Below, one piece after another: positions 30,855 through 39,852 of a stretch of DNA of 64,000 nucleotides. Source of the DNA: Candidatus Zixiibacteriota bacterium (GTDB taxonomy: Bacteria > Zixibacteria > MSB-5A5 > GN15 > JACZUZ01). The stretch covers positions 81,721 to 145,720 of the forward strand of contig JAJRPM010000015.1 in the NCBI GenBank assembly GCA_024280775.1, written 5' to 3'. A program made the position numbers and the translations under genes. How positions within the stretch are numbered: the first letter of the stretch is position 1; the number at the start of each line of letters is the position of its first letter. The notes beneath the pieces were generated by a model. It ran no database searches. It saw nothing but the letters and a program-made list of their open reading frames with translations, and had not been told where the DNA came from.

Positions 30855-30879
30855 TCTGTTCTCTGTTCTCTGTTCTGTT
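30855..30879. repeat. heptamer microrepeat (TCTGTTC)x3.4 in the dnaK leader
   Basis: TCTGTTC TCTGTTC TCTGTTC TGTT on the plus strand, which is GAACAGA repeats on the dnaK mRNA, 30-55 nt upstream of the ATG. Confidence 0.7.
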
Positions 30880-30887
30880 TTTATGAA

Positions 30888-30970
30888 CAGTCATTGCGAG
30901 GGGCGAAACCCTGTTACAGTTTCCCGGCTACTAATCCACGGGATTGCTTCGCTTGCGCTCGCAATGACTG
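30888..30970. repeat. 83-nt inverted-repeat element between hsp20 and dnaK (two inverted copies of the CTCGCAATGAC core)
   Basis: CAGTCATTGCGAG (30888-30900) and CTCGCAATGACTG (30958-30970) are perfect 13-bp inverted repeats. The inner part contains GATTGCTTCGCTTGCGCTCGCAATGAC, related to 21443-21477. Confidence 0.75.
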
Positions 30971-30983
30971 CTCTGCAATCATG

Positions 30984-31433
30984 TTACTTCACTTTCACTT
31001 CGATACGCTTCGGTTTTGCCTCTTCGATCTTCGGAAATGTAATCTTCAGCAAACCGTCCTCGTATTGAGCGTCAATTTTCTCAACTTCCACAGTTTTGGG
31101 AAGTGTGAATGCGCGTTTGAAAGCTCCGCGAACGATTTCCCGACGACTGTATCTGTCGCCCTCTTCTTCGATTTTACTTTCGCGCTGACCTGAAATTGTC
31201 AGCACACCCTCATGAACCACAACCTGAATGTCGTCGCGTTTCATTCCCGGTAGCTCGGCGACCAATGTGAGAGTGTCGTCGGTTTCTTCGATGTCCACCG
31301 CAGGAAGCGGCAAAACGTTTCGATCGTTCAATACTGACGGAGCGGGTAGCCAATCTCCCATGAAACTCTCGATTACTCTGTCAACGTCGAATACGCTTTT
31401 GACAACTGGGCTGGTGATAATACTTCTGGTCAT
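30984..31433 (-). CDS. Hsp20/alpha-crystallin small heat-shock protein
   Basis: Alpha-crystallin core (PAVDIEETDD..LVAELPGMKRDDIQV..GVLTISGQR, F.R.F.LP, GLLKITFPK). GGAGG SD. Confidence 0.9.
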   Translation of the reverse strand: MTRSIITSPVVKSVFDVDRVIESFMGDWLPAPSVLNDRNVLPLPAVDIEETDDTLTLVAELPGMKRDDIQVVVHEGVLTISGQRESKIEEEGDRYSRREIVRGAFKRAFTLPKTVEVEKIDAQYEDGLLKITFPKIEEAKPKRIEVKVK

Positions 31434-31719
31434 GATAAACCTCCTTGTAGTTTTGTTACACTTTGTTGTTCATTTATTGTAGCCATAATCAGCTACTTGC
31501 TTACAGCTATTACAATTTTGGCGCCAAAACGCAGAAAATCGCATAACCGGCTTATTGACCATCGGTTACGCCGAATTGGCCTCCAAATGGTTTGCACATG
31601 GAACCTGCCATATTGGCGCATAGCGGCAGAGCGCGGCGCCAACACGGCAGACATACTGCCACTATGGCGCAATCCGAGACAGGAGATATGAAAAGTGGGA
31701 TTGGGCTATCGGGTAAAAG

Positions 31720-33000
31720 TCAACGGCTCAATGAGCCAAAACAATAGAGAGACTTGCGCTGGGTAGCGACAAAGATACGGTCACCATCGGATATAGCAGA
31801 GTACTTGATTGGCGAGTCTAACAGACGCGAGCTGACTATCTCGCCGGTTGTAAGTCGCAGGACATATAACTTGCCAGTTAAAAGACCGACTACCACAAAG
31901 TCACCGACGATTATCGGCGAGGCCACCAAGGCTCCATCAAGTTGGACTTTCCACAACGGCTTGGTTAGGTGAGGCGAATCGAAACAATATACATTACCAG
32001 AGTTATCGACAAAAATCGCGAAATCATTCTTTACAGCCGGAGAGCTCCAACTCGGTGATTGTAGTATCGATTCTGCAAGCGCGAAAGTATCGCTGACCGG
32101 CTTCTGCTCAAGCGGCTCAGCCGGATTCACCATTTCTGAGAGAGTCACAGCAGTAGCTCTGTTGCCAATCTTACGAGATAGCGAATATGCATAACCATTT
32201 TGGCCAGAGAAATATATTGTTCCGTTGTCAGCGATAGCCGGAGTAGAAACCAAAGCCCCGTTCATTTTGCGCCTGTACAGTTCTTTTCCGCTGGAGGCGT
32301 CATAGGCGCCGATCCAGCCGTAACTGTTGGCAATCCACAGGACATCACCGTCAGGGCGCGCTTCAAGCGCCGGAGCCGATATCATCTTACCACCGACACG
32401 TTTCTCCCATATTAGATCACCACTGAATCTGTCAAAGCAATAGATTACTCCATCCCCCCCCAGTACAAACAATCGTTTGCCTTTGAAAAGCAAAGGGGCT
32501 GTAATATCCAGTATCACACTTCGCCAGCGTAGCTCACCGTTTGAGACCGCCCGACAATCCAGATAGTTAAACGGAGGTGAAGTTGAATTATACAACAATG
32601 AGTCGACTAGAAGCCCGCCGGATTGCGGCGAACTGCGGTTCTTGAACTTTGTATAGGTCTCTCCAGTTGCCGGGTCTATCAAGAAAACTTTGCGCTTAGC
32701 TCCTGCGATGGTCAATGCGCCATTAGCTAGCGCCAGCGGCCCCTGCGGCTTTTCTTTTAATCCGCGCTCCCAGATTACATCAAGCTTTCCATTGAATCCA
32801 TGTTTCGCGGCGGCGCCTTGAGCATCAAGCCCCCCGCGAACAAATCTCCAGGGGGCAGCTTCACCCTCACCCATTGTAAGCTTATTGGTCCCCTGCCTAC
32901 TGCAAGAGGCGACGAAGAGAAGCAAAAAGACTGCTAGCGCTGGTATGACTGAACGCGAAGATTGTATTGTTGAATGATTGCGTGTCACTAGAAATTCCAC
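31720..33000 (-). CDS. PQQ-like beta-propeller lipoprotein (BamB-like)
   Basis: Lipobox LFVAS|C. Repeated G.lya.d..tG...W blade motifs. Its start overlaps the stop of the upstream 1024-aa gene by 13 nt. Confidence 0.7.
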   Translation of the reverse strand: MEFLVTRNHSTIQSSRSVIPALAVFLLLFVASCSRQGTNKLTMGEGEAAPWRFVRGGLDAQGAAAKHGFNGKLDVIWERGLKEKPQGPLALANGALTIAGAKRKVFLIDPATGETYTKFKNRSSPQSGGLLVDSLLYNSTSPPFNYLDCRAVSNGELRWRSVILDITAPLLFKGKRLFVLGGDGVIYCFDRFSGDLIWEKRVGGKMISAPALEARPDGDVLWIANSYGWIGAYDASSGKELYRRKMNGALVSTPAIADNGTIYFSGQNGYAYSLSRKIGNRATAVTLSEMVNPAEPLEQKPVSDTFALAESILQSPSWSSPAVKNDFAIFVDNSGNVYCFDSPHLTKPLWKVQLDGALVASPIIVGDFVVVGLLTGKLYVLRLTTGEIVSSRLLDSPIKYSAISDGDRIFVATQRKSLYCFGSLSR

Positions 33001-36000
33001 CCAAAGAAGAAATCAAAGTTCGGGCTCTTTTCAATCGTCTTGTAGTCATGACGATATGACCAATCGAAACGAAAAGCGAAAAGTCCACCGAAGCCCATCC
33101 GCAAACCGGCTCCGAATGAGCCGATGAATCCCGGATAGTTGTTCTCCCAGGCGGCGCCGGTATCGTAGAAGAATGCCCCGCGAATAGAATTGAAGCCAAG
33201 GTTCCCTATTGGGAGTCCCAGCAGAATATGATTCACTAGGGGAAAACGAAGTTCATTGGATATAAACACGACATTAGGCACATACCATTGGCGACGATCA
33301 AACCCGCGGAACGACCAGCTTCCTCCGTGATAAATCCGTCGCGGGTCTATGCCACCGGAGGTGTAGCCGAATATTCGGGTGGCGAAAGCGCTGTTGCGTC
33401 CGAGGCGTTTGTAATTCCGAATATCCGCCATTGCCAGCACATCATTGAACTGGCCTTCATCAACAGCGGCAGTGACACCAACTGTCAGATTGATTCGATG
33501 ACCATCAATTGGTCCGGTGGCCTCCCATAGCGAGTTGTCTGACACGTAGGAGACAAAGTGCGAAACCAGAAAGGAACGACGTCGAATCCCGCGCAGGAAT
33601 TGGTCCTTGTCACGATGGCGCGCAAAGACTGAAGTTTCGATGCGGCTGTACCTGGATATTGGATAGCGCAATTGACCGAAGCCACCGACGGAGCGTTCAA
33701 AATAGTAGCCATCGACGACATTGCTGAATTCATTGAAAGTATGAAATCCGCCGAACCCCCAGTTGACTCTTCGCTCCAAGTTGAAGTAACTCAAACCAAG
33801 ATTGAAGCTGGTAAGAATGTCATCCTTAGTTCGCGCGGTGTTGGAGATAAAACCATAAAAAGCATGATTACCAAGCACATCAGTCATTAGCGCCTGCACG
33901 CCACCCTGGGTGCCGAAGACGGGATCAAAAGAGACAGTCGATTGCGCGATATCCAAAGAGTAGTCAGTCGCATAAGAAACATCGGAGGTCACAGACTCAG
34001 CGGCTATTACACCCGGGCGCCAGTATTCGGTAGCCTTTGCGTCATTGTCTGGCTCCTCTCCTGATACGGGTTTGAGTACGCCCGACCGGAATTCAGAAAC
34101 CGAAACGATATTTTTTTCGTCTTGATTGTCTATCCCTTGACGATACACTTGAAAACCGAAGTTTTGATAACCTGTGTAAATCAAATCACCGTTGGAAGGA
34201 CTAATCCGCGGGTCAAATACTCCGGTGAGCAGGTCTGTCACTTGTACAAACTCCTCACTGGAGGACATCTCGCCATCGATAGCTCCGGCAGAATCGGTTC
34301 GATGAGCGCCGCCATCCTCCGATTCGTCATCGGCTCGGTATGTTGAATCTATCGTCACATCAGAAATCTGCCGGGCGCCTGCGAATAGTTCCTGATGATT
34401 ATCAACGGCATCGGTGCGACAAAAGTAGACATTACTTGCTCCATCACGATTTGACACAAAGTAATAGCCCGAATCCGACGGCTCAGGTGAACGATCGGTA
34501 AACTTGTTGGTGGTAAGAGCTGTCAGTTGGTCATTCTCTAAACTGTAGGAATAGATGTCCTTGGCTCCCCTGTCTCCCCATGGGCCACGGTCCGATGCGA
34601 ATAGCACCGCAGATCCGCTCTTGGCGAACACCGGATCCAAGTCCTGATAGTAATCGTTAGTCAGGCGTTGATAAGTAGTATCACCTACCTCGACGAGGAA
34701 AATATCAGACTTACCCGAACGGTCGACACCTGAAAAAACTATCCGTTTGCCGTCGGGCGAAAAACGCGGCGAGTGTATTGAGACAATGTCTTTGAACCTG
34801 TATTGCTGGCGAACTTTGCGAGTGTCAATATCCAGCAAGTACATTGCGTCACTTTCACTGGCTTTGGAGCTGAAGACCAGCAGGCCGTCATCGGTGGCGT
34901 CAATACCGCTACGCATCAGATGTAAAGATTCAAAATCCGCCGAACGTTCGCCTTTCAATATCGTACGCACACCAGAGCCTTCACCTGAGCCGCTCATCAT
35001 ATTCAAAGTCGAATAGCCAAGCTTGTTACCCTTGTAGACTATCCACTCCTTAAGGCCGTCTCCATTGTCATACATAATCGGAACGCCCTTTACAGAGAAC
35101 CCTCTACTGGTCAATTTGTGCCCCACCTGATTGGGCATGTCGGCCTCTGAAATCAGTGGATAGTATTTTTTCTTGAGTGAATATACCCACTTGCGTGAAA
35201 CCTCATCAAGTGTCACACCCAAAGTCAGGAACACTACATCTCTGAGACGTTTCCCTTTCCACCAATTCTCCAAAATCATAGTAATCTTGTCTGCGCCGTA
35301 TTCCTTTTCGATAAACTCACAAACAGACTGACCGAATTTGTACATGTAGAAAGTGCCCCACACCTTTCGGAAATCCTCGATTCCCAAAATGCGCCCTGAG
35401 ACTACCATATCCCGCACCAGCATATCACCCTGGGTGTTCCATGAGGTAGACCAATGCTCTGCTAGCCCCTCTACAAACCACAGAGGCGGCAATCCTGTCC
35501 GCGTTGTGCGTTGCCCACGTTGCACTGAGCTCAATTTGGAGAGCATAAAAACATGGACCAATTCATGACGAATCACATGGTCGAAATCAGCATAAGAGCC
35601 AATGAAAGGCACCACCATGCGCCCTTTGAAAAACTCGGTAAAGCCACCGGTGGATTCTCCAATAAAGCCCGAGGTAGTGTTAGTCTGGGAGAAAAACAGC
35701 GGGTCGCTGTAAATTATCAGCGGCACCGTGCGACGCACTTCATGATTGAATTTCTTAGTGAGCATCGCATAGCTATCCTCAGCTATGCGAGCGCCCATTT
35801 GCGCCAGATACTCTTCTTCCTCGTAGTAATAAATCTTGAAATGCTCAGTAGTCATCACTTTCCAGTCGAAGCTTGAATACTGGACTTTGTTTTGACCAAA
35901 GAAGAACTGCGCGTGAGCAGACTGTGGAACTGCGAGGACCAGAGAGATAGTTGCGGCGCAGACAATAGCGAGCGATGCGAGCGTAGAGGTTTTGCCAGCA

Positions 36001-36062
36001 GATTTCCTCTGTGTAACAGGGCGCGCGCTATTGGAAATTAGATATGAAAGCAGGTTCAACAT
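32988..36062 (-). CDS. large outer-membrane protein: HExxH peptidase-MA-like domain + PD40/TolB-type beta-propeller + Omp85-type C-terminal barrel
   Basis: Signal peptide (..QSAHA|QFFFGQNKVQY), HELVH zinc motif and PD40-like repeats (FSPDGKRIVFSG, VLFASDR, YYFVSNRDG). The C-terminal part has Omp85-like blocks (SFRGF, NELRFPL, GAFFYDTGAAW, GAGLRM) and ends FFFGWNF. Confidence 0.7.
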   Translation of the reverse strand: MLNLLSYLISNSARPVTQRKSAGKTSTLASLAIVCAATISLVLAVPQSAHAQFFFGQNKVQYSSFDWKVMTTEHFKIYYYEEEEYLAQMGARIAEDSYAMLTKKFNHEVRRTVPLIIYSDPLFFSQTNTTSGFIGESTGGFTEFFKGRMVVPFIGSYADFDHVIRHELVHVFMLSKLSSVQRGQRTTRTGLPPLWFVEGLAEHWSTSWNTQGDMLVRDMVVSGRILGIEDFRKVWGTFYMYKFGQSVCEFIEKEYGADKITMILENWWKGKRLRDVVFLTLGVTLDEVSRKWVYSLKKKYYPLISEADMPNQVGHKLTSRGFSVKGVPIMYDNGDGLKEWIVYKGNKLGYSTLNMMSGSGEGSGVRTILKGERSADFESLHLMRSGIDATDDGLLVFSSKASESDAMYLLDIDTRKVRQQYRFKDIVSIHSPRFSPDGKRIVFSGVDRSGKSDIFLVEVGDTTYQRLTNDYYQDLDPVFAKSGSAVLFASDRGPWGDRGAKDIYSYSLENDQLTALTTNKFTDRSPEPSDSGYYFVSNRDGASNVYFCRTDAVDNHQELFAGARQISDVTIDSTYRADDESEDGGAHRTDSAGAIDGEMSSSEEFVQVTDLLTGVFDPRISPSNGDLIYTGYQNFGFQVYRQGIDNQDEKNIVSVSEFRSGVLKPVSGEEPDNDAKATEYWRPGVIAAESVTSDVSYATDYSLDIAQSTVSFDPVFGTQGGVQALMTDVLGNHAFYGFISNTARTKDDILTSFNLGLSYFNLERRVNWGFGGFHTFNEFSNVVDGYYFERSVGGFGQLRYPISRYSRIETSVFARHRDKDQFLRGIRRRSFLVSHFVSYVSDNSLWEATGPIDGHRINLTVGVTAAVDEGQFNDVLAMADIRNYKRLGRNSAFATRIFGYTSGGIDPRRIYHGGSWSFRGFDRRQWYVPNVVFISNELRFPLVNHILLGLPIGNLGFNSIRGAFFYDTGAAWENNYPGFIGSFGAGLRMGFGGLFAFRFDWSYRHDYKTIEKSPNFDFFFGWNF

Positions 36063-36311
36063 AGTTCGGGTCTGGAGCCGGGCTGAAAACTTAAATTAGA
36101 ACTTCTACAAGAATTGGGATGAATCTGGATTGCCTCCGAAGATCACTGATTGATCATAAAACTGGAGACACCTAAAAGGCGCTGCGCTTCTAGAGAGTAT
36201 AACGACTAAGCGCCCTCCGGGTTCCTTTAGCTAAATCTATTTATTATATCAGGATATGGCAATGCCTATCCTCTCCATTGGTTATCGGAGTCCAAGCGCC
36301 TGAAATCCAGC

Positions 36312-37922
36312 CTAACGACTGGAATCTGCTTCAAAAATCGCAGAAAGCGCTTCGGCCAGGTCCGTGGCGATAAAGTTTGGGCGGAATTCGCTGTCTTGGG
36401 GCAGTTTCTCCAGCGCCCGCTGGCCATAACCTGTTTTAACCAGCGCCCCCCCTTTGCCGCCAAAAACCTTGGCTGAAAGATAGTCTGTTGTCCTATCCCC
36501 TATCATCCAGGAACATCTCAAGTCTATTTGGTGGTCATGCGCGGCAGATACGAACATCTTCTCGCTTGGCTTACGTTGATTATCAGCAGTGCGAAACGCC
36601 TCAATAACGCCACGAGGGTGGCCAGGCGCAGAGTATACTCCATCGATTTCTATCCCGTGGTCTGCAAGTCCGGCGACGACCCGCTGGTTTACCTTATTGA
36701 CATCCTCGAGGCGCATCAGCCCTCGGGCTACCCCGGACTGATTGGTGACGATTACCAGTTTGTACCCCAGACTTCTGGCGCGGCGCAGATTCTCAAAAGC
36801 ATTTTCGTACCATATGACCTCCGACGGGTCTGAGAGGAAGTACTTTTCTTCAATGACAACGCCGTCACGGTCAAGGAATATCGCAGGCGTTAACCTTTTC
36901 TGATACTCGATAGTTGTCGTGAGAGCGTCAACGATCTCGCCAACCGGAAGTTTTGTAAAACAGTATCGCTCGTCACGCACGCAGGCCTTTGAACCATGCA
37001 AAGAGCAAGGCCGACAACTCTCGTCGTTTTCAATCACCCGATCATAAATGCCACGAGGCGAAAAGCCTAGAGCGCTATGGGTCGGACCAAAGAGAGCCAC
37101 AACCGGAGTCCCGACCGCCGTCGACAAATGCGCTATTGCCGAGTCATTAGAGAGCGCCGCCTGTGAATTTCTCAATGCATAAGCCAGCGCCTCAAGCGGC
37201 GCATCGACAACTTCCAAGTATCTCGATGAGGGTAGCTCACCGGTCATTGACAATACCGCCACTGGACTTTGAACAAAAGAGATGATTTTCAGAGATGTAT
37301 CACTTACGAGTTTTTCACAGCAAGCCTTGAACAATTCCAATGGCGCGCGCTTTGTCTCATGCCTGGCCCCGGGTGCAATGACCAGAACATCATCGTCGCT
37401 ATCGAGCCACTCCTTGGCAGAAGATGATAAAAGAGAAGCAGAATCCTGATAGAAGGACTTTCGAATTAAAGGACGTTTGGCGCTTAGTGGAAAATCGGTA
37501 TCGATTTTTCTCAGCGCCAAATTGTAGGAATCTATCGTATGAGGCGCCGGAGAGTCATATCGTTTCTGACGAACCACTCTCTCTCTAGCCAAACGAGATT
37601 TTGAATAAGTCACTTTCTGAGTTGCATTGGTAAGCGCGGTAATCAACCGACTGCGCGCATTGGCGCTCAAATCCACAATCAAATCAAATCGTTCATCGTC
37701 CAATTCCAATGAGCGCATGACAGTCTCGCTGAGTTTTGCATGAGAAGGAATAGTCAAGACCCGCTCAATACCCGGTAGCGCCAGCGCCATATCAGCAAAG
37801 TGTTCTTTGGTTAAGAAACATATCTCCGCTTGGGGATAGCGGAGTTTTAGATTTAGAACAGTCGGAGAGGTGAGGATAATATCACCTAGTGAGCTTAGAC
37901 GTATGACCAAAATCTTGCGCAT
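36312..37922 (-). CDS. fusion protein: GT9 heptosyltransferase-like domain + GmhB-like HAD phosphatase domain
   Basis: N-terminus MRKILVIRLSSLGDIILTSP (GT9 signature). C-terminus FLDRDGVVIEE, VTNQSGVARG, QRKP and IGDRTTD (HAD motifs I-IV of histidinol-phosphatase/GmhB type). Confidence 0.75.
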   Translation of the reverse strand: MRKILVIRLSSLGDIILTSPTVLNLKLRYPQAEICFLTKEHFADMALALPGIERVLTIPSHAKLSETVMRSLELDDERFDLIVDLSANARSRLITALTNATQKVTYSKSRLARERVVRQKRYDSPAPHTIDSYNLALRKIDTDFPLSAKRPLIRKSFYQDSASLLSSSAKEWLDSDDDVLVIAPGARHETKRAPLELFKACCEKLVSDTSLKIISFVQSPVAVLSMTGELPSSRYLEVVDAPLEALAYALRNSQAALSNDSAIAHLSTAVGTPVVALFGPTHSALGFSPRGIYDRVIENDESCRPCSLHGSKACVRDERYCFTKLPVGEIVDALTTTIEYQKRLTPAIFLDRDGVVIEEKYFLSDPSEVIWYENAFENLRRARSLGYKLVIVTNQSGVARGLMRLEDVNKVNQRVVAGLADHGIEIDGVYSAPGHPRGVIEAFRTADNQRKPSEKMFVSAAHDHQIDLRCSWMIGDRTTDYLSAKVFGGKGGALVKTGYGQRALEKLPQDSEFRPNFIATDLAEALSAIFEADSSR

Positions 37923-37960
37923 GGATTCTCTAAGCCGCAGGTGAATTATCTCTAGTTAGA

Positions 37961-38746
37961 CTACAGAAAAAGCAACGAAGCTGAGCCAATCAACAGGCAA
38001 TAGACGCCGAAATACTTGAACTGCCCTTTGCCAATGAGTCGCATCAACCATCCTACAGCCGCCAATCCCGAGACAAACGCCACCGCGGCTCCAACCAGGT
38101 AGATTCCGAGATCACCGCTGGAGATTCCATCAAGATCCTTGAGCTCCAAAACCGCGGCGCCCAGAATAGCCGGAATCGCCATCAAAAATGAAAACTCGGC
38201 GGCTTTCCTGGGGTCTACGCCTAGAAACATTCCCATACTGATTGTCGACCCTGACCGGCTTATACCTGGCAAAATCGCCAGCGCCTGCGCCACTCCAATC
38301 CAAAGACTGCTCTTTAGTTTCGTATCTGCTGTTCCAACTTTTATGAATCCAGTTGAGAGCAACATGGCCCCGGTTACCAAAAGCATCGATGACGCAAAAG
38401 TCGCTGAGTGATATAAGCCACCCAATTGCGATTTAATGAAAAGTCCAGCCGCAACAGCTGGAAGAGTTGCGATTATCACAAACCCTATCATCTTGCGCTC
38501 TTCAACCATATTCTTATCGAACACCGAGCGAGTCAGAGCCATGATACGCGCGCGAAAATACACCAGCACCGCAAGCAAGGTTCCGAGATGTAGTACAATA
38601 TCAAAGGCTAAAGAACTTAGTAGACCATCGGAGACATTGAGGCCCAGCGCGTGCTGCGCTAGTACCAAGTGTCCCGATGATGAAACTGGCAGGAACTCTG
38701 TCAATCCCTGTAATAGCCCAAGCAGGGCCGCGTACAGATAGTCCAT
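37961..38746 (-). CDS. uppP: undecaprenyl-diphosphate phosphatase
   Basis: LLQGLTEFLPVSSSGHL and PGISRSGSTI motifs. Eight TM helices, 261 aa. Confidence 0.93.
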   Translation of the reverse strand: MDYLYAALLGLLQGLTEFLPVSSSGHLVLAQHALGLNVSDGLLSSLAFDIVLHLGTLLAVLVYFRARIMALTRSVFDKNMVEERKMIGFVIIATLPAVAAGLFIKSQLGGLYHSATFASSMLLVTGAMLLSTGFIKVGTADTKLKSSLWIGVAQALAILPGISRSGSTISMGMFLGVDPRKAAEFSFLMAIPAILGAAVLELKDLDGISSGDLGIYLVGAAVAFVSGLAAVGWLMRLIGKGQFKYFGVYCLLIGSASLLFL

Positions 38747-38813
38747 TCTTGCTTACGTATTTCCTTTAAGTATATCCCTGCGCCAGAAAACCGCTCATCG
38801 AAATAGTTGTAAG

Positions 38814-39512
38814 TTAGAATGAGCCAAACTGTACACCGAAACTCACACCGGTGTTCTCATCAAGGTTGATTTCTCCGAACGCCCGAGCCTGCCTGGTAAG
38901 TTGTATCATGAACCCCGGGGTGAAAGCAAACTTTATATCGGTGCTTGAAACCGGACCGTTGGGGCTAACTGTGGAGAGACGAACATTGAAACGTCCATAA
39001 GGACCATACACCCGTCCCTTCTTTCCTACAAAGGGAAGTGAGCCGAGAACATTGACTCCAACGGCAGTTACAGAAACTTGATCATAGCTGGCATACTCGA
39101 ACATACCGGAAAACGCTAAATCAAAGGGATCACCCGAATCAGCTCCGGCGCTCTGCCCGCGAAAATTCCAAAACTGATACTTGAACTCAGCGCCAACGGC
39201 AACAGTTGGGTCGTTGGCGGGGCCGTCAAGATCAGAGACACCCAGCCGAATTCGTCCCTCAGTGAACATTCCGAAACCGTAGGCGAGATTGCCATTGACA
39301 GTAGTGACATTATCTCCGGCATTGGCGGCGGCTCCAAATGAATACAGCCCGGCGCCAACAGTAGTAGCTGGTTGGAGGTTTCCAAATACCAACCCGACCC
39401 CTGCTTCGGTTACCGGCGCCAGGAATACTAAAAGCCCGAGAGTGGTAGCCAATACTCGTGAACTCGATAGCGCCCATCTCTTATTGTTTAACATATTACT
39501 ATTCTTAATCAT
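38814..39512 (-). CDS. small outer-membrane beta-barrel protein (hypothetical)
   Basis: Signal peptide (..LAPVTEA|GVG), alternating strands, terminal FGVQFGSF. Start placed at the ATG at 39512, which has a GAGGAG SD 8 nt upstream. The ORF-track start at 39638 is probably an over-extension. Confidence 0.6.
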   Translation of the reverse strand: MIKNSNMLNNKRWALSSSRVLATTLGLLVFLAPVTEAGVGLVFGNLQPATTVGAGLYSFGAAANAGDNVTTVNGNLAYGFGMFTEGRIRLGVSDLDGPANDPTVAVGAEFKYQFWNFRGQSAGADSGDPFDLAFSGMFEYASYDQVSVTAVGVNVLGSLPFVGKKGRVYGPYGRFNVRLSTVSPNGPVSSTDIKFAFTPGFMIQLTRQARAFGEINLDENTGVSFGVQFGSF

Positions 39513-39781
39513 GCGCATCACTCCTCTTTGGCTCTCTTCGGATATCTTCGGGTTTTGACCGGACTCTCCAATCAAATGACTTCTCAGATATATCATACGT
39601 CTGAAGTTACCCCGCGGTTGTCGTTTTGTAGCTGTCATTTCGTAGCTGTCGAATTGCAGTTGTTGTTATTCGACTGTCAGCAAACCACGCTGATATAGGT
39701 CAACATCGCCTGCAAAGCCCCCGCAAGTCAACCAAAAAGCCTCTGCCGGGGCTCAAGATACGGTCGTTCGCACCTTATAAA

Positions 39782-39852
39782 ACTTTGACGACAAACACTT
39801 AACGACGAACACTTGACAGCAAAGACTTGACAGCAAAGACTTGACGGCAAAG
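39782..39852 (+). repeat. five tandem 14-15-nt direct repeats carrying TTGAC/TTAAC (consensus ACTTGACAGCAAAG)
   Basis: ACTTTGACGACAAAC / ACTTAACGACGAAC / ACTTGACAGCAAAG / ACTTGACAGCAAAG / ACTTGACGGCAAAG, head to tail. Confidence 0.85.

Noticed and set aside
30826-30894. Upstream in-frame extension of dnaK (start at 30894), and ORFs 30883..31068 and 30894..31193
   Set aside because: The extension begins inside the inverted-repeat element and adds 23 residues before the universal [14 protein letters not shown] start. The plus-strand ORFs are translations of the repeat.
31596-31615. sigma54-like TGGCAGGTTCCATGTGCA (minus strand) upstream of hsp20
   Set aside because: The GC element is displaced by two nucleotides. 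No convincing sigma32, CIRCE or HAIR element was seen there either.
39782-39852. Possible CRISPR array, given the short direct repeats
   Set aside because: The 14-nt units are contiguous with no spacers, are far shorter than CRISPR repeats, and there are no cas genes in the window.
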